NCBI RefSeq assembly: GCF_001194135.2
Contig: NC_068986.1
Span: forward strand, 47,732,510 to 47,767,392
Origin: Octopus bimaculoides
Lineage: Eukaryota
Direction of reading: 5' to 3'
DNA: 34,883 bases
The translations under genes and the position numbers were made by a program. The notes under the pieces are model-generated. The model was given only the letters and a program-made list of their open reading frames with translations. It ran no database searches and was not told the DNA's origin. Each line of letters begins with the position of its first letter. Within the stretch, counting starts at the first letter, position 1. This document shows, piece by piece, positions 1-10,880 of this stretch.

Positions 1-1358
1 CAGACTCTTCCAATTGTGTACTCAACAAACTGGTATAAATGCTCACGTGTTACTGACTCTTTCTATTTGCTGTAATATTTCACATACACATACATGTATC
101 ACTCACACACACTCTTTTCTTTATATGACGGCCTGTCTTTTATTATGTTTTTATATGTCGCATTCACACTCACGATCAACAGACCAGTTAAAATCTTCAG
201 TACCAGGTAACAGGTCCCAACTAGCATCCGACGCTCAACTACAGCTCTGCTCACTGACCACAACTTCCTGCGTATTAACATTCATTTCTTTGATTTTCTT
301 TGTGTGTGTTGATAGTTCAGAGTTCTGCGTTACGTTGTTTATTTAGAATTTAATATAGGAAAGCAGGTGTACACCTAATGGTGTATAACCACTTTCCTAA
401 ATACATTTTTCAACTGCTTACTTAATCTGCGAATTCATGCCAGGCAAAAACAGTACATCTCTGGATTTCTACTTCATTATTAAAATATCTTCGTGTGCCT
501 GATGAATCTTATTTTCTATTTCACTTCTCAGCAATTCAAAGATGATAAGTTTTGTAGCTTGATCATGTGGTTGATTATATTTGTTCAGGCTGCGTGTTGT
601 TTCCGCAAATAAAAACCAAATAACAATATTTATTGTTCAATGGAGCACATTTATTTTCATAATGACATTACAGCTGTAATGCTGAATATTAGACGTGTGT
701 TTATGTATGAATGTTTGGCTAGAAATGAAAATGTATACTGGCATGAAGTGGGGTCGTTTTATCCGCATTGAGACGAGAAGAAAAAGTAAAGTGTTTAGGT
801 GGATGTGACCCAAGGCCAGAAAGATCATTGATATCACGAGAAAGAATCTTAAGTGATGGATACGGGACTGCAGTGGCCCATTCGAGTGTATTCGAATAGC
901 ATGCAATGTCATTTGTGTGCATTGCTTGCAGTTTGGGCTTTGAGCAGTGTCGGCTTATGTATGTATAGGTTTCGTGCTAATTGAGTTTGGGTCAGCGTTA
1001 AGAGAGCGTGTGCATGACTCAGTAACAGACTGCGTGTACTTGCGCAAGAGAAATGATGCTGCTGCGGACTTTTATTGAAAGGTACAGAAGTAAGAGTGTG
1101 ATGGATAATAATGATTACAAGACATCGCACCAATGTAATACGCGTGTAAAATTACGTCGAAAGAATTGTATTGATTTTAAATAAAGAGCGTTGTTCGTTC
1201 CATTTTCTATCATTTATCTGTTTATATAAACTCTATGGATGCTATGGAATTCTTAATGTATATCCAATAGCAAGAGAATTTCCACTGTCTGATGACATCA
1301 GGTAGCCAATAACTGCAGACGAGCTTTGCATAGCATCCTACAGAGTTTTACGCGAATC

Positions 1359-1395
<37 letters not shown>

Positions 1396-1396
<1 letters not shown>

Positions 1397-1535
1397 GACG
1401 GGCTTCTTTCACTTTCCATCTACCAACTACCAAACCCACTCACAAGTCTTTGGCCTGCTCGAAGCTATAGTAGGAGACACTTTTCCAAGGTGCCGCGCAG
1501 TGCAATTGAACTCCGAACTATGTGGTTAGGGTGCA
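1396..1535 (-). mobile_element. 5' part of an abundant tRNA-type SINE (family A), next to (CA)n
   Basis: Reverse-complement similarity to the fuller copy at 8163-8583 (ccacatggtt...ttgggcaagtgtcttct...ctatagc...ttgtgagtg...gaaagaagccc). Confidence 0.75.
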
Positions 1536-1617
1536 GAAAAAGAGAGAGATGACCTATCGAAATGCCTCCTCTCGCCTTTGTTTCCTTATAAGTTTCTTTA
1601 AGTGTACATTTTTAGTA

Positions 1618-1935
1618 NNNNNNNNNNNNNNNNNNNNNNNNNNNNNNNNNNNNNNNNNNNNNNNNNNNNNNNNNNNNNNNNNNNNNNNNNNNNNNNNNNN
1701 NNNNNNNNNNNNNNNNNNNNNNNNNNNNNNNNNNNNNNNNNNNNNNNNNNNNNNNNNNNNNNNNNNNNNNNNNNNNNNNNNNNNNNNNNNNNNNNNNNNN
1801 NNNNNNNNNNNNNNNNNNNNNNNNNNNNNNNNNNNNNNNNNNNNNNNNNNNNNNNNNNNNNNNNNNNNNNNNNNNNNNNNNNNNNNNNNNNNNNNNNNNN
1901 NNNNNNNNNNNNNNNNNNNNNNNNNNNNNNNNNNN
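1618..1935. other. Assembly gap (further gaps at 14190-14334, 18994-19273, 21035-21044, 27855-28543, 30257-31134)
   Basis: Runs of N. The long X-containing ORFs in the track are artefacts of these. Confidence 1.
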
Positions 1936-2110
1936 AAACTCCTTTTACAACTTTTATTGGGATAACCCTAATCTACATCCTTGAAGAATGTCACTGTCTC
2001 TGGGGGAAAAAATTCGATTAAAAATATGCATTTTAAACAAAGATAGGGGGAAACGCAGTCCCTTTCCACAGATAGCTAGCTAGCTAGATAGATAGATAGA
2101 TAGATAGAGA

Positions 2111-2309
2111 GATAAATAGATAGATAGATGGATGGATGGATGGATGGATTTCTTTATTAGCCACACAGGGCCGAACACAGAGGGGACAAAATACAATGTA
2201 GAGCTTTTCTTTTCGAAAGAAAGAAGAAGAGAATAGGAAAAAAAAAAGGAGGAAAACATTTCGATCAAAAGGGATCGTGTAAGAAAAAAAGATAAATAGA
2301 TAGATAGAT
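2111..2309 (-). mobile_element. Short retroposon/LINE 3' end with AATAAA and (ATCC)n tail, inserted in a GATA microsatellite
   Basis: The - strand reads ...ggccctgtgtggctAATAAAgaaat(ccat)n. An identical 19-mer GATAAATAGATAGATAGAT lies at 2111-2129 and 2291-2309. Confidence 0.55.
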
Positions 2310-2577
2310 AGATAGATGGACGGACGGACGGATGGATGGATACTGCATTTTACCTTTCTTAAAGTAAAACATTATTTGAGGGGTATTTTGCTGCTATTTC
2401 TAGTAGGCGAAGCATCTGTATTGAGCGGTTTCTATGTTGGCTCCAAGAAAAGGTAATCAAATGAATAAATCTGTTTTGAGACGTACCAAGAAATCATCAG
2501 TCATCTCCCCTGTTAATGTAACTCTTTCGAATGCCCTTCCCTCACTTGTGTCCTCTCGGTGATCGGCTTTTCTCAAA

Positions 2578-2649
2578 ATGTTCTATAAATTTAACAGTTT
2601 ACGGGGCAAAATTGTTCCATCGAGTCAGGAAGCAGCATATTCTCCTCAG
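2578..2649 (+). CDS. COX7A2L: COX7A-related protein (COX7A2L/SCAF1-like), coding exon 1: MFYKFNSLRGKIVPSSQEAAYSPQ
   Basis: ATG at 2578, 24 codons, GT donor at 2650 (phase 0). The peptide resembles the vertebrate COX7A2L N-terminus as I recall it (MYYKFS...EAYSPQ). Confidence 0.9.
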
Positions 2650-2804
2650 GTATTATTTGGTCTTTATAATAGTTCAACATCATTATTTAAATATTTCTAA
2701 GCTTTGTGCCCTTGACTAACATCATCACAGACCTCTAATTCGTTTGACTAAGCAGACTACTTGTTATTGTTAGATTCATATATATGTGTATGTACACACA
2801 CACA

Positions 2805-2849
<45 letters not shown>

Positions 2850-3477
2850 TTATGTAGTATGTGTATGTAATATTGTTTATGCTTTGTTTTATTTTCAGGA
2901 TTAAAGTTGCTATTCTTTCACTATTTGTTTCATATCACTTTCGAAAATATTAGCTAAAAAAAAAACTTGAATGTCATTTGGGATTTTACATTAAACTATC
3001 GAAAAAATATATTTTACAGGAAAACGTCTATTTATATTAATATAGTGATACAAGTAAATTCTTTCACATTTTTTTGTTTGGTGCCCTACTTAGCACTAAG
3101 TGAGCAGACCTATGATCAAAAACGTTTCAGTTGTGATTAGGGGTGGGGAAGAAATTTCGGTGGCGATCTTTTACTATAGCTTACCACTTGCATATCCTTA
3201 AATTTGAGCTGATATCAGTTTGAAGAATGCCTTTATAGTGGATTCCTATTCATTTTTATAGTTTTTGTTCTTCATTTGTGTGTGTGTGTGTGTGCGCGTA
3301 AAGAATGTTGTTTAAGATAGGAAGGCATTGCTTATGCTAAGCTACATTATCTTGTGTGTCCTTTTATAATATTGGAGTATGATTTGAGGGAGATTCAGTT
3401 CATGTTTCCAGCAAATTGATCGTCCGTCTAAAGGTTCCCTCGTTCTTTTATACCCACTAAAAAAAATAAGAAAGAGG

Positions 3478-3645
3478 CATCAACATAATTCTCTCCAATT
3501 TTGGTACAGAGCTAGCAGGGAGTAGCCGATTACATTGACCCCAGTGTTCAACTTCTATTTATTTTATCTCTCCAGAAAAGATCAGTGGCAAAGTCAACCT
3601 CGACAGCATTTGAACTAAGAATGCAAAGAGCAGGGGAAATGCTTC
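3478..3645 (-). mobile_element. SINE family B copy (intron 1)
   Basis: Reverse-complement similarity to the SINE copies at 23088-23750 (ttcaaatgctgtcgaggttgactttgcc...gtcaatgtaatcggct). Confidence 0.7.
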
Positions 3646-4431
3646 TAAGCATTTCATCCCATTTCATCTGATCTGCTAACGATTCTGCCAGCTTGTTGCC
3701 CTAGACATCAGCATAATATCTTCCTAATAACTTTCCTTAGAGCAGTGGATGGATGACAGATATAGTAGGAGCGCTGGGCAAAATGTTGAAGGGATACCTT
3801 GCACTGATTTTGAGCTCTGCCTTTTGTCTTTCTGTGATCAACCAAATAAATACAATTAATGGTTGAATTATCCTCCCACTTCAAATGTATGTCTTAATGC
3901 CATCTCCTGCTTATTGGGAAAATATAACTCAATAAAGATGGCATTTATGAAGTAATTCTTGCTGCTACTGACCATCAAGTTTCCTTGGAATCCAGGGCAC
4001 AGGCATGGCTGTTTTGTTCTGGATTCAAACCCTTTGCCTAGCACTTTCGGCAATTGACATCTACTGTAGTTGTGAATTAACATAAAACTTGTGAGGGAAA
4101 TTTTCTATTGCAGAAACTTTGTGTACAACCGTTGGAAGGACTGTTCCTTTTCTTGAATGGCAAAGTAATCCTTTACCTGATTTAACATCTATACATGGGG
4201 TGCTTTTTAGCAGAATCCATTCTGTTGCAAGTATTTAAGCCAGGTCACTGGTTTGAGAATAACTTTCTTCCTTCTTGCCATTAGTTACAGGAACCCTGTA
4301 AAGAATCCTAGTTATGACCTTTCCTCCACTGTTTAGACTTTTAAAAAATAACAGAAAGAACAGCAGCTCCTGACTCAACAATGCTGAGAATGTGGAGAAG
4401 AATGATTATTAATTTAAAATATACTTCAAAA

Positions 4432-4473
4432 TATAACCTGGATGATGGGCAGTCTGACCGAAATATTGTTATT
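4432..4473 (+). ncRNA. Degenerate minimal type I hammerhead ribozyme
   Basis: ATAAC / CTGGATGA / T GGGCA-GTC-TGACC / GAAA / TA / TT / GTTAT. Stem I ATAAC:GTTAT, stem II with one mismatch, palindromic minimal stem III. The core has one extra G. Confidence 0.5.
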
Positions 4474-4629
4474 TATAGACGTTCACCTGGGTATGGTGTT
4501 AGGAATTATTTTGTAATTATTGTTATGAATTCATAACACTAATGTGTTATGAATTTATTGGTAAAGATGATAAAAATTACTAGAGTACCTATGTGTGTGT
4601 GTGTACTAAATCATATTCATCATCATACA

Positions 4630-4990
4630 TCCATTGTTTCACTCCTGCAAGAGTGAAGCAGAATGCGTTGGAGCAGATTTTTCTATGACCAGATATCCTT
4701 CCTGTCACCAACCCTCACTTGTTTCCAAGCACACGGTAATAGTTGAACATGTTTTTCACATAAGACTAGAAATGAACAGCCTTGCCTGTATGATTATGTC
4801 TCTCATTCACAGCCATCTTGTGATGTTTAGACAAGAGTACACACATACACACAGAATGGACTGCTTTCAATTCCCATCTACCAAATCCATTCGCAAGGCT
4901 TTTGTCAGCCCAATCCTATAGCAAAAGACACTTGCCCAGGGTGCTATGCAGTAGGACCCAACTCAAGAGCACATGATTGGGAAGTTAGTT
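4630..4990 (-). mobile_element. SINE family A copy (degenerate)
   Basis: ttcccatctaccaaatccattcgcaaggcttttgtcagccc...gacacttgcccagggtgc matches the reverse complement of 8163-8330. Confidence 0.65.
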
Positions 4991-5274
4991 TCTATCAGTA
5001 AATATTTAATTCCTCTATAAAATATTATAGAGTATTTTCAACAGCATGAGATAAAAATAAAATTATCTGGTTTCATTGTTACCTAACAACCCTTCAGGAT
5101 TAGTTTTCTTTTTTGACAGCAGTGGAAAACCACTTATTAAATTGTAAACCAGCATGTATGTTGTTACATTCTTAAACCTCCAATATCATAGTATGGTTGA
5201 TAAGTGTCGACGATAAAGAATTTTTTCTCTGCTGCTGTGAGCATGTAAACTGAATCACTGGTTTTGTACTTCCA

Positions 5275-5854
5275 TCTTGTGTAGCAAAACTATTCCTAAT
5301 CCATACTCCAAAGCATCAGATGCTACAACAAGGTCCATTTCAGGATTGAAATTCACTAGCAACAAATCTGTGATAAGAATTTTTTTTATTTCTTCAAACG
5401 TGTTTTGGCATTTAACCGACCATTTCCACTTTACTTCTTTTTTTAATAAGTCATTCAATGGAGCTCTTAGTTTGTACATGTTAGGAATGTAGTTCTGGTA
5501 GTAGTTTGCCATCCCAAGAAACGCTTGTAATGCTTTTATATTTGTCGGAGCAGGCATATTCTTTATTGTCTGCCCTTGGCAGGTCAGGCTGTCTACCATT
5601 TTTATCATTCATTTGCCCCTAAGTACCTAATTTGAGGCAAAAAAAGAATTCTCATTTTTTTCTTCACTCAAAGTGAACCTGTACTCTTTAATTTTCTTGA
5701 ACGCAGCTTTAATATGCTCCACATGCTGTTCATGCAAATTACTCTAAATCAATATAGTGTCCAAATAAGGGATTGCAAATACACAATCAGATAACATAGC
5801 ATCCATGATTTGCTGAAATATTGCCGGTGCAACCTTTTATCCAAAAAGTAAACC
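5275..5854 (-). mobile_element. Ty3/Gypsy LTR-retrotransposon pol remnant (RT C-half to RNase H start), antisense in intron 1
   Basis: The - strand translates as LLFG*KVAPAIFQQIMD...IPYLDTILI (YLDD-like)...IRYLG, then ALQAFLGMANYYQNYIPN...LRAPLNDLLKK...ASDALEYGLGIVLLH. It carries stops and frameshifts. Confidence 0.9.
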
Positions 5855-6256
5855 AGGTGTATCAGTACAATCTGCCATGTATATTTATTGTCAGATACTT
5901 TGAGCATTTGTCATTTACTTTAATCTGTAAATAAGCATCTACTTGTTTTATGTTCAAACTGCCCAAATCTGGCTTAACTTATCACTAGATCTTGTAGGGA
6001 AAATAGCATAAAGCACAGTATGTACATTCTATAGTTGGTGAGGCCTTACCTGAACATTGCATTGATACTCCAAATTCACTCCCTGTCATCATCTATAAAT
6101 GTAATAGAACAAAATTCTTTTCTAGGAATCAGCTTAGTAGAAGCAAGTCTCAAGATTGGTATTTATCTGCTTTAATTTATTCTTTAGTTTCTTCTTGAAG
6201 TGTTGCAGTCCTGACAAGATTTATTTGTTTGGTTATTCTATGTTTTCTTGTTGCAG

Positions 6257-6433
6257 GGGTTAAATCAATTGAAAGAATTTGATTCTAAACTGACTTTTGA
6301 GAGCAAATCTGTTATTACAACACGTGTTGTACCTGAGCCAATGGCAGAAGCTGCATATTCAGGTCCAGCACTTGGATTAGTTCCCAAAACATCTACTTAT
6401 AAAGGCGTCATGGAATTACAGAAACTCTTTCTG
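6257..6433 (+). CDS. COX7A2L: COX7A-related protein, coding exon 2: GLNQLKEFDSKLTFESKSVITTRVVPEPMAEAAYSGPALGLVPKTSTYKGVMELQKLFL
   Basis: Acceptor ttcttgttgcAG ends at 6256, 177 nt open, donor GTAAAT at 6434, phase 0/0. ELQKLF matches the COX7A-family motif (E/K)xQKxFQ. Confidence 0.92.
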
Positions 6434-6507
6434 GTAAATAATTGTTTGTTTGTTTGTTTTTTTTTGGGGGGGGGGTGTTTTGTGTGTTTTGGTTTTTCTT
6501 TCCCATA

Positions 6508-6843
6508 TACACCTTCTCAACTTACGACCATCCGCACTTATGACCACAAAAAGTAGGAAATAAAAAAACAAATAGATAAATAATTGATTTTTGGATGCAC
6601 AATTGCCCCAAAGTTTTCAACTTTGGGCAGTTGTGCATACAATAACTATGTCAGCATCTGGCAACACAGGCCTCCCTCAGACCCAGGCATCCACTGCCTG
6701 CCACTGTCTCTCAATCACTTTCAAGCATCAGTTGCATTTGAATGAAAATAGTGTTGAAAAATGTACATCCAACATATGACCAGATTGACTTACGACCAGT
6801 CAGTCAGAAATGGAACTCAGTCATAAGTCGAGTAGAAGGTATA
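6508..6843. mobile_element. TA-flanked MITE with about 25-bp TIRs (pogo/Tigger-like, Tc1/mariner superfamily)
   Basis: The left end TAcaccttctcaacttacgacc is an imperfect inverted repeat of the right end agtcataagtcgagtagaaggtaTA. GACTTA(C/T)GACC motifs recur internally. Confidence 0.65.
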
Positions 6844-6926
6844 TTTAGTGTTTGTGATGATGTCAAGATTTTTGCTATAGTAGCTTTCAGTGACGGTTTG
6901 TCTTAGAAGTTGTTTAGATCTTAGAT

Positions 6927-7070
6927 CATCATCATCATTTAATGTCTGTTTTCCATGCTGGCATGGGTTGTACAGCTTGACTGAAAACTGGTAAGCTGGA
7001 GAGCTGCAGCAGATTCCTGTCTGATTTGGCATGGTTTCTGCAGCTGGATGTCCTTCCTAATGCCAGAACA
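6927..7070 (-). mobile_element. Retroposon 3' end with (GAT)n tail (RTE-like); a second copy is at about 10167-10250
   Basis: catcatcatcatttaatgtctgttttccatgctggcatgggttg... recurs at 10167 (catcatcatcaaaatttaatgtccattttccatactggcatgaattgg). The RTE assignment is inference from the tail type. Confidence 0.55.
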
Positions 7071-8162
7071 AGAAAGAATTGTGTTGAAGTTGATAAATCA
7101 GATCTTGTTAAATTAATACAGAAATACACGACTGTAGTTTATGGTACCTCTGCATCTCTAAACAACATAAAGAATTGATTTTTTAAATCAATGTTTGATT
7201 ACAAAATTGATGGTGCTGACAATGACAATGATTGTGATTATCATTCTAATTAAAGTCCTGGTGAAAATGGCAATCTGAGAAAGGAAAAAAAAAAAAAAAG
7301 ATATCAGTGATGTTATAGTGTATCCAGACTTTGTGGTCACCCTGTATAGTATTTTTTTTTAAATAGCTTTTTTATTGTTGTTTTTCAACTCCAGTTCAGC
7401 CCTGAACTGAAGATTACAAAAGAAATTTACAAAATTAAATGTTAATTTGAAATTTAATATTTCTTCATTATTTCTTTATATTGAGATTTTACATCTACAT
7501 TCCGTTGCTTCCAAGGGTAGAATAATCATTTTGTCGCAACAGTTGTTTTAGTTTGAAGCTTTTCCTACTTGTTAAACCACTAATCAGAGAAGCGCAGTGA
7601 AACATATGTGACAATTAGAGTAGAGCATGCAGAGTTATGTACCTTGATCACAGGCTTAACAAAACGACTGTTGCTGTAACACATGGTGCTTTTTGCAGCT
7701 GTTGTAGCTTTGTATTATTTATACATAAATTCTTAGCTGTTACTTTATAATTCATCTACGTTTTGAGGAGTTAATAATTATACCAAACAATAGATTAAGG
7801 CAGGCCATCTTGCATAACTGTAGTTCAGTTGCTGATTATGAGATGTCAGGAAGATAATATTGATAAAAGTAACAGTATAGTAGATAGACATGTAAATTTT
7901 TGAAGGATAAAAATGTACATGGAATGTAGTAGAAATAGTTCCACATTTGCCCAATATGCAAGAGATGTGTTATTTGTTTTTTTGTTGTTTTTTTTAAATC
8001 TCAAATTGTTTACAACTATATTTTTAATGCTGTTTGTATTGAAAATCTCAAGCAGTTATATTTATATGTGTATGTATGTCTGTAAGCATGCATGGCAAAC
8101 AACATCCATATAATACACACACACACACACACACACACATGCACATGTGTATGCATGTAAGT

Positions 8163-8583
8163 ATGGGTGCAGGCATGGCTGTGTCCTAAGAAGCTTGCTT
8201 CCCAACCACATGGTTCCAAATTCAGTTCCACCGTGTGGCACTTGAGCATGTGTCTTCTGCTATAGCCTCAGGCTGACCAAAGCCTTGTGAGTGAATTTGG
8301 TTGATGAAAACTGAAAGAAGCCTGTCGCATATATGCATACATACATATCTATATCTGTGTGTGTGTGTCTTTGTCTCTGTGTTTTTGTCCTTCACCACTG
8401 CTTGACAATTGGTGTTTGTGTGTTTACATTCCCGTAACTTAGCAATTCAGCTAAAGATATTGATAGAATAAGTTGTTGACTTAAAAAAAAGTACTGGGGC
8501 CCGATTCATTTAGCAAAATATTTTTCAAGGTGGTGCCCCAGCATGGCCACAGTGTAATGACTGAAACAAGTAAAAGATAAAAG
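8163..8583 (+). mobile_element. Near full-length SINE family A (tRNA-like head, central (TA/TG)n, tail ...gactgaaacaagtaaaagataaaag)
   Basis: Pol III-like boxes (tggctgtgtcctaag; ggttccaaattcagttcca). It has many partial homologues in the window (1396, 4630, 8923-9300, 21250, 21590, 22835, 25690, 28745). Confidence 0.8.
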
Positions 8584-8922
8584 ATATATATATTTATATA
8601 CACACACACACATACTATACATTTATTTGACCAAGTAATATGTTTTGGAATGGCAGACAAAATATTTTGCATGGTATTTAGTTAAGTTGCTTTATATTTC
8701 AAGTTCAAATCCCACTGGGTCAACTTTATCTTCAGTCCTCAAAGAGCCATTAAAATAATCAATTAGTGAAGTATTAATTTGATTCAATAAAATATACTCT
8801 CTCCCAGAATTCATGGGCATATGCCAATGTTAGAAATCAATAATTATGAGTTTTCCTTTACAAAATTCAATTGCTGAAAGGAGATTTTTCACGCTGTGTT
8901 GATTAGATCTCTCTTTTTCTCT

Positions 8923-9300
8923 TTTACTTGTTTCAGTCATTTGACTGTGACCATGCTGGAGCACCACCTTTAGTTGAGCAAATCGACCCCAGGACTTATT
9001 CTTTGTAAGCCTAGTACTTATTCTATCGGTCTCTTTTGCCGAACTGCTACCAAATCCACTAACAAGGCTCTGGTCAGCCCAAGTTTATAGAAGACACTTG
9101 CCCAAGATGCCATACAGTGAGACTGTATCTGGAATAATGTTGTTGGAAAGCAAGCTTTTTATCACACAGCCACATGATGGGCTTCTTTCAGTTTCTGTCA
9201 ATGAAATCCATTCCCAAGGGTTTGCAGTGTGGGGTTATTGTAGGAGACACTTGCCTAAGGTGCTGTGCCGTGAAACTGAACCGGAGACCACTTGATTGGG
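8923..9300 (-). mobile_element. Stack of SINE family A fragments
   Basis: A 3' half (ttttacttgtttcagtcatttgact...) is followed by two successive 5' halves, each with gacacttgcc(c/t)aag. Confidence 0.7.
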
Positions 9301-9469
9301 AACATTATTCCATGACACTTTATGAGGGTTTCCCAAACGGATGAAAGGAAGAGTGAAAGTTATCCTCAAACAGGAAATGCACCCTGAATGTTTATAATAG
9401 AGCAAACTCCTCCAATAAAGGTACCTTAGGATTAGGTGGTAATGTTAAACTGGACAACAGGTAAGTTCA

Positions 9470-9678
9470 AAAACATGTCACATTTAATCCAGCCAAAATA
9501 TTCTACCAGTCTTATGTTAAAACTGACCACATCCAACCTCTCACACCTACCCTACAACATCATTCTATAAATTATGCAAACACACCGTTGAAATCTTGAA
9601 ACTACAAGATAATGCATGACTAATTCAAAATAATGTGAATAAATAAGCAATACATTTGACAAAGTGCTAAAGTGTTAA
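9470..9678 (+). mobile_element. piggyBac-like MITE family P1 (degenerate)
   Basis: Homologous to 12575-13006. It ends gctaaagtgTTAA. Confidence 0.7.
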
Positions 9679-9786
9679 ATTCTTGGTTGTGAAATTATTT
9701 GAAAACTGGATAGTAGTCATTCCATAGAATGAAGCTTTTAATAGCATTCTTCAAACTCTAATCAATTTATATTATTTCTTTTTCAG

Positions 9787-9925
9787 AAAGAAGATGGCTT
9801 GTTAGTGTGGCAAAAACGAGGAATACGGGATCGATCTATGTATATATTCTCAGTTGGCTTGTGTATTGCTGGATTAGCTCTTTGTGGGAAAACATTATTC
9901 ACGATGTCATTTCCTCGTAAAAGTG
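9787..9925 (+). CDS. COX7A2L: COX7A-related protein, coding exon 3: KEDGLLVWQKRGIRDRSMYIFSVGLCIAGLALCGKTLFTMSFPRKS
   Basis: Acceptor tttcttttttcAG ends at 9786, donor GTAAGT at 9926. KxDG-x4-KRG-x2-D followed by one hydrophobic helix and FPRK is the COX7A fold (cf. KADGVPVYLKRGLPD...SQPK). Confidence 0.93.
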
Positions 9926-10540
9926 GTAAGTATGATGCTAATACATCTAAGTTATTTATTGTTGGTTAGCCTCAAGTCAACCCTATTTGAGAAGACATGT
10001 TTGTTTTTCTCAGGGGCATCTAGAACTACATTATTCAGTGTGTCCTTTATTGTTTTTGAAGAGAGTAAAAGGAGATAAGTTGCTTGACCTGCTTCTAGTG
10101 GGTCAAACAACTTATATAAAAAGCATACATGTAGGAGTTTATTGCTCTGTTACCTAATTTCTCAGATATCATCATCATCAAAATTTAATGTCCATTTTCC
10201 ATACTGGCATGAATTGGACGGTTTGACAGAAGCTGGCAGAGAAGCTTGGCAGAATTTGAACTCAGAACGTAGAGATGGATGAAATGCCACTAAGCCTTTT
10301 GCCTGGTATGCTAAAGAGCCTTCCAGCTCACTGCATTCACGTCTTTTTTTACATAGGATATGTATGTGTAATTATATTTACATGAGAGACGCATAGACTT
10401 TGAGTTATTCCCCTTGCGTTCAACATCGGTTTGTTCAATTCTTAATACAATCCTTCATCCCATATATTTATTGATATACTTTCACTTACTTCTATATTTT
10501 ATGCACACAGTTTAGGAAACATCACTCTTCACACTTTGAA

Positions 10541-10880
10541 GGCATGTGACCTAGTGGTTTAGGTGTAGCACTCACAGTCTTAAGATCATGCTGTCAATTC
10601 CTGGATCAGGCAGTGCATTCATTTCATGTTGTCCAGTTCATGTAGCTTAGTGGTTTGAGTGTTGGACTCACGATCGTAAGATTGTGGTTCCAATTACTGG
10701 ACTAACCAATGCATTGTGTTCTTGAGCAAAACACTTCATTTCACGTTGCTCCAGTCCACTCAGCTGGCATAAATCAGTAATCCTGTAACTGACCAGTCTC
10801 CCATCCACGTGGGGAATATATATATTATGAAACTGGGAAACTGGCCCTTATCAATCGGTATGACTTAAGAAGGTAACTTA
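10541..10880 (+). mobile_element. tRNA-derived SINE with CORE-like middle (family C), preceded by a truncated second head
   Basis: A-box-like tagcttagtggtttg and B-box-like gtggttccaattac, then ttgagcaaaacacttcatttcacgttgctccagtccactcagctgg. A similar head starts at 10541. Confidence 0.7.

Noticed and set aside
498-600. Box C-like TGATGA (also at 6854) suggesting a C/D snoRNA
   Set aside because: No box D (CTGA) at a suitable distance and no terminal stem.
898-930. Small GCAATG...CATTGC hairpin suggesting a miR-33/miR-92-like precursor
   Set aside because: The stem is too short and I could not match a known mature sequence.
1-1330. Possible exons of an upstream gene (donor-like CAG|GTAAC near 207, TGACTCA at 1015-1021)
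   Set aside because: No recognisable protein similarity or consistent exon pair. Single short motifs are expected by chance.
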